NCBI GenBank assembly: GCA_037133595.1 | Contig: JBAXNV010000001.1 | Location: 30,479-94,478 of the forward strand | Direction: 5' to 3' | From: a bacterium | GTDB taxonomy: Bacteria > Patescibacteriota > Microgenomatia > UBA1400 > UBA12108 | Length of the DNA: 64,000 nucleotides | Shown here: one piece after another, positions 38,462-47,521 of the stretch | Position numbering within the stretch: position 1 is the first letter of the stretch | How the letters are laid out: each line of letters opens with the position of its first letter | Translations under genes and position numbers: made by a program | The notes under the pieces: model-generated | The model's database searches: none | What the model was told of the DNA's origin: nothing | Seen by the model: the letters and a program-made list of their open reading frames with translations, nothing else

Positions 38462-40098
38462 TGAAAAGTTTTTGGACCAGACTCCTTACTTTTCTTGACG
38501 CCAATATTCTTACCATCCTTACGGCGCTACTTATTGTTGTTGTTCCGCTCTATCCCAAGCTCCCTCTAGCCGATCTACTAGAAGGCTATATTGTGCGCCT
38601 GCGCCTCGAGGATATCCTCATTGCTTTTGCCTGTTTGGTATATTTTGTTCAGCTACTGCGCAAACGCATCGCACTACCCACCTCGATCGTTGCTCGGCTT
38701 ATGCTTGGCTATATTATTGTCGGGTTTCTCTCCAGCTTGTCGGCTCTATTTATAACCAATACCGTGCCATTGCTTACTTCGCACGTCTTTAAGCTCGGGC
38801 TACATCTTTTTCGCCGCATCGAATATTTTTCGCTCTTCTTTATTGCTTACAGTAGTATCAGAACTCGCCGTGATCTCAAGCTATTTGTCGCCGTCGCGCT
38901 AGCGACCCTTCTTGCAGTAGTTGTTTATGGGTTTGGGCAAAAGTATCTCTACTGGCCTGCTTTCTCAACCATGAATCGCGAGTTTAGCAAGGGCATGCGT
39001 CTCTACCTTACCCCGACTAGTCGCGTCATGAGTACATTTGGTGGTCATTACGACTACGGGGCATACCTGATGATTATTCTTACTGGCCTTATCTCTGGCA
39101 TCTGGCTAGTCAAAAACAAGCTTGTCAAAATTGGGCTTGGCCTTTTGGCACTTGGCTCATACTGGTCGCTCTTACTTACCTCTTCCCGCTCAAGCTTTGG
39201 CGGCTACGTTGCAGGCGTTACGGCAATCGCGCTATTACTCGCTTTTCGTCAAGGTTTTTGGTGGTCACTCAAAAGGTATGTGGCTGTAATGATTGTAAGT
39301 CTTGTTATGATGCTGACAATTGGCGATCTTTCCACTCGCTTTCTCCAGGTAGTGCAGTCTCCCGATGCCATTCATCAATTTATCCCTTGGGTAGAGACTG
39401 GCAAGATTGAGGAAAATATATACAAAACCAAAGACTTTTTTTTGCGCCTTGCCGAGCTCAAAAGAAATCTCACCGAGCCCAAAAAAGAGCCTCCCAAAAA
39501 TGGTATCTCAACCGACGAACTTGCCAAGGTCGCAGTCCCCTCGGATGTGCCCCCAACCGACACCAAGCCGCTCCCTCCCGATGTCACTCAAGCTGAGGAT
39601 GATGTGCGCAACCAGCCAACAGCAACCGCCACCGTGTCTGCGGGTAGCAACTACAGCGAAAATGCGCTCAAGTACGGCCTCTCCGCGGCAATAAGACTCG
39701 ATGTTCTCTGGCCTCAGGCAATCGCTTCATTTAAGAAAAATCCACTCCTGGGTACGGGCTACTCCACTCTCGTCAAAGGTCAAAACGAAGAGTTTACTCA
39801 AGCTGAGTCGACCGACAACGATTATCTGCGCATGCTTGGCGAGACTGGGCTTTTGGGTACACTACTTTTTCTTTCGCTCCCACTTTATCTAGGCTATCTT
39901 GCAATTGTGGCTTATAAAAAGGCTCAAACGCCTCTCGACCAAGTACTCTTGCTTTCGATGCTTGGGGCAAGTATCGCGATGCTAGTTAACGCGACCTACA
40001 TTGATGTTTTCGAGAGTAGCAAAGTCGCCTATACTTTTTGGCTACTTGCCGCAATCATGCTTCGCACAACCGAGCTTGTACGTGGGAAACAAAAATGA
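38461..40098 (+). CDS. O-antigen ligase/polymerase-like membrane protein (Wzy_C domain) with a Pro-rich insertion
   Basis: Multi-TM; C-terminal DNDYLRMLGETGLLGTLLF Wzy_C-like; low-complexity PKKEPPKNG...PPTDTKPLPPD loop at about 39440-39700. Confidence 0.55.
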   Translation: MKSFWTRLLTFLDANILTILTALLIVVVPLYPKLPLADLLEGYIVRLRLEDILIAFACLVYFVQLLRKRIALPTSIVARLMLGYIIVGFLSSLSALFITNTVPLLTSHVFKLGLHLFRRIEYFSLFFIAYSSIRTRRDLKLFVAVALATLLAVVVYGFGQKYLYWPAFSTMNREFSKGMRLYLTPTSRVMSTFGGHYDYGAYLMIILTGLISGIWLVKNKLVKIGLGLLALGSYWSLLLTSSRSSFGGYVAGVTAIALLLAFRQGFWWSLKRYVAVMIVSLVMMLTIGDLSTRFLQVVQSPDAIHQFIPWVETGKIEENIYKTKDFFLRLAELKRNLTEPKKEPPKNGISTDELAKVAVPSDVPPTDTKPLPPDVTQAEDDVRNQPTATATVSAGSNYSENALKYGLSAAIRLDVLWPQAIASFKKNPLLGTGYSTLVKGQNEEFTQAESTDNDYLRMLGETGLLGTLLFLSLPLYLGYLAIVAYKKAQTPLDQVLLLSMLGASIAMLVNATYIDVFESSKVAYTFWLLAAIMLRTTELVRGKQK

Positions 40099-41522
40099 AA
40101 AAACTCGCAACAGTTTTCCTACTCGTAATCATGGGGCTTGGAGCCACTCTGCGTACATACAAGCTCCACGAGCCCCTTGGCGACTGGCACAGTTGGCGCC
40201 AGGCCGACACAGCCTCGGTTGCGCGCGAATATGTCAAAGCAGGCAAGATCGATCTACTACACCCCCAGTATCACGACCTTAGTAGCATCCCCTCAGGGCT
40301 AGACAATCTTGCTGGTTGGCGTTTTGTCGAGTTCCCCCTAAGAGACGCGCTCCATGCTCAGCTTGTGATGTGGTTCCCTTCAGTTGGCCTAGTTGAGTGG
40401 GGGAGGATAATCTCAATCGTTGCCTCAACGCTTACGATTGGGTTGATCTATTTGGTAGTCACTTATCTTTCTGGCTCTCGCGCTGGTCTATTTTCGGCGC
40501 TAATCTTTGCGATTCTCCCTTACAATATTTATTATGGCCGCGTTATTTTGCCCGAGCCAATGCTTGTTCTGTTTATGTTACTTTCGCTTTACGCCTTTTT
40601 TCGCGCCTGGGATAGTGGCAAACCAAAATGGTGGCTAGCGACGTTAGTTGCTCTTGCAACAACTCTCCTTTTCAAACCCACTGGCGCCGTGATCCTACTC
40701 CCCATGTTTGGTTATGGTCTTGGCTCCCTTGGCAAGATCAGTATCCGCAATACTATCTTTGCGCTCCTTTTGCCGCTATTAGCTTTTGTCCCGTATTTAC
40801 TTTGGCGACGCTATCTTGCCGCATTCCCCGAGGGCATCCCAGCTAGTTCTTGGCTGTTTAATGGCAACGGGATTAGGCTCAAGGGTGCTTGGTTTCGCTG
40901 GCTCTTTGGCGAGCGTTTGGGCAAGATGATTCTTGGGTATTGGGGACTTTTGCCACTCGGGTTTGGGCTACATCGCCTTGGTGGCAAGCTCAAAGAAACC
41001 CTCGTGTATGGCGGACTTCTTTTGGGCTCACTTACCTACATGGCAGTTATTGCAACAGGCAACGTACAGCATGATTATTATCAGATCCAAATTATGCCAA
41101 CAGTAGCAATCCTTGTAGGTCTCGGCATCGACTACATGCTTACGCTCTCCAAAGGTTTTAAGTTGGTTACTACCACAATCCTCATTGTCACCTCACTCTC
41201 ACTTATGCTTGCACTGTCGTGGTACGAGCTTCAGGGATTTTTCTGGGTCAACAATCGCGCCATGGTCCAAGCGGGCATCGAGCTAGACGCCATCTCGCCC
41301 AAGGACGCGCTCGTTATCGCGCCTTATATGGGCGACACAGCTTTTCTCTTCCAGACCAATCGCCGCGGTTGGCCCATAGGGGGGGCTATCGAATTCAAAA
41401 TAAATTCTGGAGCTAGCTATTATGTAACAACTACTAAAGATGCCGAGTATCAGGATCTTGTATCCAAGTACACTCTTGTCAAAGATACCGATCAATTCTC
41501 AATTATCAAGTTGTCCAAATAA
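40095..41522 (+). CDS. GT-C type polytopic glycosyltransferase (ArnT/PMT-like)
   Basis: MKKLATVF... HSWRQADTASVA loop motif; more than 10 TM helices; ATGA overlap with the upstream stop. Confidence 0.5.
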   Translation: MKKLATVFLLVIMGLGATLRTYKLHEPLGDWHSWRQADTASVAREYVKAGKIDLLHPQYHDLSSIPSGLDNLAGWRFVEFPLRDALHAQLVMWFPSVGLVEWGRIISIVASTLTIGLIYLVVTYLSGSRAGLFSALIFAILPYNIYYGRVILPEPMLVLFMLLSLYAFFRAWDSGKPKWWLATLVALATTLLFKPTGAVILLPMFGYGLGSLGKISIRNTIFALLLPLLAFVPYLLWRRYLAAFPEGIPASSWLFNGNGIRLKGAWFRWLFGERLGKMILGYWGLLPLGFGLHRLGGKLKETLVYGGLLLGSLTYMAVIATGNVQHDYYQIQIMPTVAILVGLGIDYMLTLSKGFKLVTTTILIVTSLSLMLALSWYELQGFFWVNNRAMVQAGIELDAISPKDALVIAPYMGDTAFLFQTNRRGWPIGGAIEFKINSGASYYVTTTKDAEYQDLVSKYTLVKDTDQFSIIKLSK

Positions 41523-41523
41523 T

Positions 41524-42720
41524 ATGAAAATCCTAATGCTAACGCCATATCTTCCTTACCCCTTGGTTAGTGGTGGGCAGATCCGCACCTACAATCTCCT
41601 CAAGCACCTTAGCAAAAATCATGACATCACGCTCTTTGCCCTAATCAAAGATGAGTCGGAGCGCAAGTATCTCAAAGAGCTCGAAAAGTACTGTAGTCGG
41701 ATTGAGCTGTTTTCTCGTACCAAAAATCCATGGCACCCACGCAACATCCTTCTTGCTGGTTTTACTCCGTACCCATTTGTCGTTACTCGCAATCTCCCAC
41801 TCGGTATGCGCCATGCAATCGAGGCCGAGCTTACGCGGAAAAAATACGACATTATCCACGCCGAAACCTTCTACATGATGCCCAACATCCCCCCCACCAA
41901 GATCCCCACGATCCTTGCCGAGCAAACAATTGAGTATCTGGGATATCAGGACTATGCCAACAAGGTCAACTCACTTATTCGCCTCTTTCTTAATCTAGAT
42001 ATTGCCAAGATCAAGTACTGGGAGCGCTACTTTTGGAACAAGTCCGACAAGCTTATTACCATGTCCGAGGAAGATCGCAACTTCATCGAGAAAGAACTCG
42101 GCCATACTCTTAACGCGAGCGTTGTTGCCAATGGTGTTGATATTGAGTACTTTATGGGTACCAAGAAAAAGCTCCCCAAAGATCCAACCGTTCTTTTTGT
42201 TGGTACTTTCAAATGGCTTCCCAATATCGAGGCGGTGGAGGAGATCGTACACAAAATTTGGCCGCTTATCAAAAAAGCACTCCCGAGTGCCAAGCTCAAG
42301 ATTGTTGGCTTCTCGCCAACCAAAAAAATCCAAAGCTATGCCACAGATCCTTCAATCGAAGTCTTGGGTGGGGTAGAGGATATTCGCGACGCATTTGCAA
42401 CCGCTCATGTTCTACTAGCTCCAATCCGAAGTGGCAAGGGGACTAGGTTTAAGGTCTTGGAGGCCATGGTTACAGCAACACCAGTTGTTGCAACCAACCT
42501 TGCTGTTGAGGGTATTGCGCTTCAGCCCGGGGTAAATGTTCTTACTGCTGACAAAAGTGCTGATCTGGCAGCTCTCACAGTTAAACTTTTACAAGATTCC
42601 AAGCTCCAAACAAGTATGGGCGAGGCAGGCCGTGCTGTTGTGCGTGCTACATATAGTTGGGATAGTATTGCCAAAGAGTTAGATCGCGTTTACAAAGAAT
42701 TTATCAATCACAAAGGATAA
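41524..42720 (+). CDS. family 4 glycosyltransferase
   Basis: MKILMLTPYLPYPLVSGGQIRTYNL; GTRFKVLEAMVTATPVVATNLAVEGI. Confidence 0.75.
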   Translation: MKILMLTPYLPYPLVSGGQIRTYNLLKHLSKNHDITLFALIKDESERKYLKELEKYCSRIELFSRTKNPWHPRNILLAGFTPYPFVVTRNLPLGMRHAIEAELTRKKYDIIHAETFYMMPNIPPTKIPTILAEQTIEYLGYQDYANKVNSLIRLFLNLDIAKIKYWERYFWNKSDKLITMSEEDRNFIEKELGHTLNASVVANGVDIEYFMGTKKKLPKDPTVLFVGTFKWLPNIEAVEEIVHKIWPLIKKALPSAKLKIVGFSPTKKIQSYATDPSIEVLGGVEDIRDAFATAHVLLAPIRSGKGTRFKVLEAMVTATPVVATNLAVEGIALQPGVNVLTADKSADLAALTVKLLQDSKLQTSMGEAGRAVVRATYSWDSIAKELDRVYKEFINHKG

Positions 42721-42721
42721 A

Positions 42722-43633
42722 ATGCCAAATAACAATACAAAGCCAGACCTTTCTGTTATTATTCTCAACTACAATGCCGAGAAGTTTCTTCGCGATACTC
42801 TTACTTCGGTACTAAAGCAAAAGGGGCTAGTTATCGAGACTATTGTGGTCGACAATAATAGCAAAGACAACAGTAGGTCAATGGTTGCAAGCGAGTTTCC
42901 TACAGTTCTTTGGGTTCAGCGCGACACCTCCATGGGTTTCTCTGCAGGCAACAATGCAGGGCTACCTCACGCTCACGCCGAGACTATTCTTTTTCTTAAC
43001 CCAGACACCAAGATCCAAGGTGTCAACGATCTCAAAAAATGCTACGACAAGCTCTACAGCGACGACACAATTGGTACCCTTACTGCCAGATTAGATCTAG
43101 TGATTACTGGCGGCATCGACGAGACCTGTCATCGTGGCTTCCCCACTCCTTGGGCCAGCCTTACCCACTTTGCTGGGCTAGATCACATGTTCCCCAATTC
43201 GCCACTTTTTGCCCAGTACACCAAGTCGTATCTTGGTTACGACAACGAGCACGAGATCGACGCAGTTGGCGGGATGTTTATGCTAATGCGAAAGAGCGTT
43301 GGCGAGTTGGTTGGTTGGTGGGACGAGGACTATCCACTTTATGGCGAGGATCTTGATTTTTGCTACCGTATCAAAGAAGCGGGTTACCGCAATCTTTACT
43401 ACCCAGCAGTTACTGTGCTTCATTACAAGGGTGTTAGTACTGGTATGAGCAAGCATAGTAAGACAGTCACAACTGCAAGCAAAGAGACAACAAGGAGAGT
43501 CAAAGGCTGGTCAATTACCGCGATGGAGCTTTTTTACAACAAACATTACAAGAATAAATATCCACTTTTTCTTACCTGGCTAGTTAAGTTGGGGATTAAG
43601 GGTATGTACTTTTTGCGCGTTACCTTGGCGTAG
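42722..43633 (+). CDS. family 2 glycosyltransferase
   Basis: LSVIILNYNAEKFL...IVVDNNSKDNS...LFLNPDT. Confidence 0.7.
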   Translation: MPNNNTKPDLSVIILNYNAEKFLRDTLTSVLKQKGLVIETIVVDNNSKDNSRSMVASEFPTVLWVQRDTSMGFSAGNNAGLPHAHAETILFLNPDTKIQGVNDLKKCYDKLYSDDTIGTLTARLDLVITGGIDETCHRGFPTPWASLTHFAGLDHMFPNSPLFAQYTKSYLGYDNEHEIDAVGGMFMLMRKSVGELVGWWDEDYPLYGEDLDFCYRIKEAGYRNLYYPAVTVLHYKGVSTGMSKHSKTVTTASKETTRRVKGWSITAMELFYNKHYKNKYPLFLTWLVKLGIKGMYFLRVTLA

Positions 43634-43645
43634 TACAATCAAGCT

Positions 43646-44719
43646 ATGCTCATTGCAATCGATGCTCGTTTCTATGGCACAGAGAATACCGGTCTTGGCC
43701 GCTATACTCAAAATGTGCTTGCGCATTTTTTTGAAAAAGATGATACCAACGAGTACATCGTATTTGTTACCCCCAAATATGCTAGACTCATATTCCCAGG
43801 CAGAGTAAAGGTTGTGCCCATTAATGTACGTCACTACACACTTGCCGAGCAATTGGTAATACCTTATCTATTGCTCAAGTATCGTGCAGAATTACTGTAC
43901 ACTCTTCACTTCAATGCACCCATTTTCTGCCCCGTTCCATTAGTTATCACGATTCACGATCTTATAAAGACTCATTTTCAGGACATTGCAACTTCTACTC
44001 ATGGTCATTTGGCTTTTGCCATCAAAAGGTGGGGGTATCGCACCGTGATGGGCGCCGTAATCGCAAATGCCAAGAATATCATTGTCCCGTCAGTCGCTGT
44101 CAAATCCGATATTCTTACGGCCTATCCAGATGCAGTAGGAACCAAAATAATCCCAATTCACGAGGCAGTTGACTCATTCTTTGTTAATTCTGCCCCCAAA
44201 ATAATCGCCAAACCAAAAATATTTTCCTCTCTCTTCAACCTGCTTTTTGTTGGCAATGCTTACCCTCACAAAAATCTTACTAATCTACTCTCCGCTTTCA
44301 CCATTTTGCGAAGAGAAGGCGATTACCATCTTACGATCTTAAGCAAAAAAACACCTTTTCTTGCCAGCGCATTAAAAAAACTCAACCCGATCGATCGCCC
44401 ATTTGTTGCAGTCGATGAAGACGTTAGCGACAAGGCATTGCTGCGCCATTACACTACAACAGGAGTCTTGGTAGTGCCATCGTTTATGGAGGGGTTTGGG
44501 CTCCCAGCTCTAGAGGCTTTATCGGTGGGTACGCCCGTTGCCGCTTCAGACATTCCAGTCTTTCGCGAGGTATACGGCAAGCATGTTACCTATTTCAATC
44601 CTTTTGATGCGCTCTCAATGGTCAAAGGGATCAAGCAGGCTTTAGGCAACGGTGTAATTTATCAATATCCAAGGACGTGGGGGCAGGTAGCTACTGAGAT
44701 TCGCAAGGTGCTACTGTGA
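43646..44719 (+). CDS. family 4 glycosyltransferase
   Basis: MEGFGLPALEALSVGTPVAASDIPVFREV. Confidence 0.65.
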   Translation: MLIAIDARFYGTENTGLGRYTQNVLAHFFEKDDTNEYIVFVTPKYARLIFPGRVKVVPINVRHYTLAEQLVIPYLLLKYRAELLYTLHFNAPIFCPVPLVITIHDLIKTHFQDIATSTHGHLAFAIKRWGYRTVMGAVIANAKNIIVPSVAVKSDILTAYPDAVGTKIIPIHEAVDSFFVNSAPKIIAKPKIFSSLFNLLFVGNAYPHKNLTNLLSAFTILRREGDYHLTILSKKTPFLASALKKLNPIDRPFVAVDEDVSDKALLRHYTTTGVLVVPSFMEGFGLPALEALSVGTPVAASDIPVFREVYGKHVTYFNPFDALSMVKGIKQALGNGVIYQYPRTWGQVATEIRKVLL

Positions 44720-45801
44720 AAGTTGCGATAGTTTATGATCGTCTCAACAAGTGGGGCGGGGCAGAGCGAGTTTTACTTGCTTTTCACGAGCTTTTTCCAG
44801 GTGCTGTGTGGTATACGAGTGTATGGGATCCCAGAGTGGCGACTTTTTCGGCCAATTGGGATGTGCATACAAGCTGGCTCAACAAAATCCCTTTTCTTCG
44901 CCATCTGCACGAATGGATGCCGTATCTTATGCCATACATTTTCGAGAGCTTCGACTTGGCCAGCTATGATTTAATCATTTCAATTAGTTCCGAAAGTGCC
45001 AAGGGGGTTATCACCAAGCCAGGTACCATCCATCTCAATTACTGCCTCACTCCAACTCGATATCTATATTCTCACACTGGGGTATATCTCAAGCAAAATC
45101 CAATATATCGCTTAGTTGCCAATGTTCTACGCAAGTGGGATCAGGTTGCGGCGACGCGGCCTGATGAAATGATAGCAATAAGTACCCAAGTGAAAAATAG
45201 AATACAAAAATACTACAATCGCGACAGTGAAGTCATTTTTCCTCCAATTGATATCAAAATATTTTCACCAAGCCCTCAAGGTCTGACCCTGAGGGGCGAT
45301 TATTACCTCGTCGTTTCTCGTCTTGTGCCATACAAGAATATTGATCAAATCGTTAAGGCGTTCAATAAACTGCCAGACAAAAAGCTTGTTATCATTGGAG
45401 TTGGCTCGGAATCAGCCAAGTTGCGCAAGCTAGCAGGCCCAAACATCACATTTCTAGGTCAAGTTGAAGAATCTGCACTCGTTGGCTACTATGCAAGAGC
45501 CAAAGCGTTTATCCAGGCCAATATCGAGGATTTTGGGCTAGCAATGGTCGAGGCACAGGCTGTAGGGATCCCTGTGATTGCCAAAAGAGGTGGTGGGGCA
45601 AACGACATTGTTTTGGACGGCGCAACTGGCTTGTTGTATGATGGCAAAGGAGCTGGCGCGCTGATCCTCGCCATAACTCAATTTGAGACCCAAACATTTG
45701 CAAAAGCTGCCTGCCGCGCAAATGCTCAAAGATTTGATACACATATATGGCAAAGAAAAATAATGGAAAGGGTCACGAATTTATGTCAGAACAAAATCTA
45801 G
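44716..45801 (+). CDS. family 4 glycosyltransferase (GTG start); carries an in-frame copy of the 23-nt palindromic element
   Basis: EDFGLAMVEAQAVGIPVIAKRGGGANDIV; GTGA overlap with the upstream gene. Confidence 0.7.
   Translation: MKVAIVYDRLNKWGGAERVLLAFHELFPGAVWYTSVWDPRVATFSANWDVHTSWLNKIPFLRHLHEWMPYLMPYIFESFDLASYDLIISISSESAKGVITKPGTIHLNYCLTPTRYLYSHTGVYLKQNPIYRLVANVLRKWDQVAATRPDEMIAISTQVKNRIQKYYNRDSEVIFPPIDIKIFSPSPQGLTLRGDYYLVVSRLVPYKNIDQIVKAFNKLPDKKLVIIGVGSESAKLRKLAGPNITFLGQVEESALVGYYARAKAFIQANIEDFGLAMVEAQAVGIPVIAKRGGGANDIVLDGATGLLYDGKGAGALILAITQFETQTFAKAACRANAQRFDTHIWQRKIMERVTNLCQNKI
45274..45297. repeat. 23-nt near-palindromic element CCCTCAAGGTCTGACCCTGAGGG (copy 1, in-frame in the GT4 gene, encoding PQGLTLR)
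   Basis: Identical 23-mer at 59769-59791. Confidence 0.7.
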
Positions 45802-46892
45802 AACACGTTTATGTAGTCATCCTTTGTGGTGGTGGTGGTACTCGGCTCTGGCCACTTTCTCGCAACAAAACTCCCAAGCAATTTATAGAGTTGGTTGGTG
45901 GGGAAACTCTATTTAAGAAGACATACGACCGCGCTCTTGCCCTTGTTCCTCAAGATCACATCTATATCATGACCAATCAGGAATATATGGAAGATATTTA
46001 CAGGCAAGCCCCAGAGATAACTAGTAATCGCATTGTCGCCGAACCAGTCAAAAAAAATACGGCACTAGCTATGGGCGTAATTGCCGGGATAATCCATGTC
46101 CAAGATAAGGATGCAGTTATTATCAATCTTGCTTCTGATCATCTCGTAGGGAATCTGGAAAAATTCAAAAAAACAGTTCTAGCTGCTGCAGATTACGCGG
46201 CCGATCACGACTGTTTTGTTTCGGTTGGTATCCAACCAGTCTTTCCACATCCTGGCCTTGGCTATATTCATCGTGGTGTTAGAATCCACGATGACAATGG
46301 CACCTCGGTATATCAGGTACAGGGATTTCAGGAGAAGCCAACCTCAGCTGTTGCCACTGAATATCTCAAAAGTGGCGAATATTATTGGAATGCCAATCTT
46401 TATACTTGGTCATCCAAAGTAATTCTCTCAGAATTCAAACTTCTTTCGCCAATTCTTTATACTCACATCCAAAACATTATGGCCTGCATCGGCAAGTCAA
46501 ATTACGAAACCTGCTTTGCTACAGAATATGCTAATGCTCCCGAAGAGGCAATTGATACTGCAATCTCAGAAAAAACCAAAAAACTTGTGGTTATTCCTGG
46601 CAACTTTGGCTGGAGCGATGTGGGTAGTTGGAATGTTGTGCATGATGAAGTGGCCAAGGATGAGGCAGGTAATGCGCTGGTTGAGCGCGAGGCTGGTGCC
46701 GATTGGGTACGGATCGATACGCATGATTCACTAGTCTCTGTGGGGCGTAAATTCGTGGCGACTATTGGAGTTTCCGATCTTATGATCATCGATACTCCCG
46801 ATGCATTACTCATCACCAAGAAAAATCGAGCTCAAGAAGTCAAAAAGATCATTGAAGAGCTCAAAATAAAGGGCTATAAAGAACTTCTATGA
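45783..46892 (+). CDS. manC: mannose-1-phosphate guanylyltransferase
   Basis: ILCGGGGTRLWPLSRNKTPKQF (ManC/GMPP signature); start may instead be the ATG at 45747. Confidence 0.75.
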   Translation: MSEQNLEHVYVVILCGGGGTRLWPLSRNKTPKQFIELVGGETLFKKTYDRALALVPQDHIYIMTNQEYMEDIYRQAPEITSNRIVAEPVKKNTALAMGVIAGIIHVQDKDAVIINLASDHLVGNLEKFKKTVLAAADYAADHDCFVSVGIQPVFPHPGLGYIHRGVRIHDDNGTSVYQVQGFQEKPTSAVATEYLKSGEYYWNANLYTWSSKVILSEFKLLSPILYTHIQNIMACIGKSNYETCFATEYANAPEEAIDTAISEKTKKLVVIPGNFGWSDVGSWNVVHDEVAKDEAGNALVEREAGADWVRIDTHDSLVSVGRKFVATIGVSDLMIIDTPDALLITKKNRAQEVKKIIEELKIKGYKELL

Positions 46893-47521
46893 TGACTTAT
46901 CAAACCACGCTCAAAAGAGTGCTAGATCTATTGGTCGCCTCTGTACTTTCAATAATTTTTCTGCCGGTTTGGTTGCTGGTACCAATACTTGTCAAGTTAA
47001 CATCCCCAGGGAAAATTCTATACAGTCACAAAAGAGTCGGGCAAAATGGCATAGAGTTTGAGATGTTTAAGTTCCGCTCCATGGTGCTTGATGCCGATGA
47101 TATCTTACACAACGGCGACAAAAAACTGTTAGAAAAATTTAAAAAACACGACTGGAAACTAGAAGCCAAAGATGATCCTCGCATCACTGCATTGGGGAGA
47201 GTATTAAGAGCGCTCACGATCGATGAGTTCCCGCAGCTGCTCAATGTGTTCCGCGGTGAGATGAGTATGGTTGGTCCTCGCGCCTATCTTCAAAAAGAGC
47301 TCAATGAACAGCTGCAAAAATATCCAATCGCCAAAAAAGATATTACGGTCGTTCTTACCGCCAAACCAGGTATTACTGGCCTCTGGCAGGTATCGGGGAG
47401 GAATGAAATTACGTTTGACAAAAGAGCTCATCTTGATGCAGAATATGTAAGAGGAGCTTCCCTATGGAAAGATTTGACAATACTAGTAAAAACCCCCAAA
47501 GCAATGATCAGCAAATGGTGA
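46889..47521 (+). CDS. polyprenyl-phosphate sugar-1-phosphate transferase (small 'bacterial sugar transferase', PglC/WbaP C-domain type), initiating enzyme
   Basis: N-terminal TM hairpin; DEFPQLLNVFRGEMSMVGPRA signature. Confidence 0.8.
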   Translation: MMTYQTTLKRVLDLLVASVLSIIFLPVWLLVPILVKLTSPGKILYSHKRVGQNGIEFEMFKFRSMVLDADDILHNGDKKLLEKFKKHDWKLEAKDDPRITALGRVLRALTIDEFPQLLNVFRGEMSMVGPRAYLQKELNEQLQKYPIAKKDITVVLTAKPGITGLWQVSGRNEITFDKRAHLDAEYVRGASLWKDLTILVKTPKAMISKW

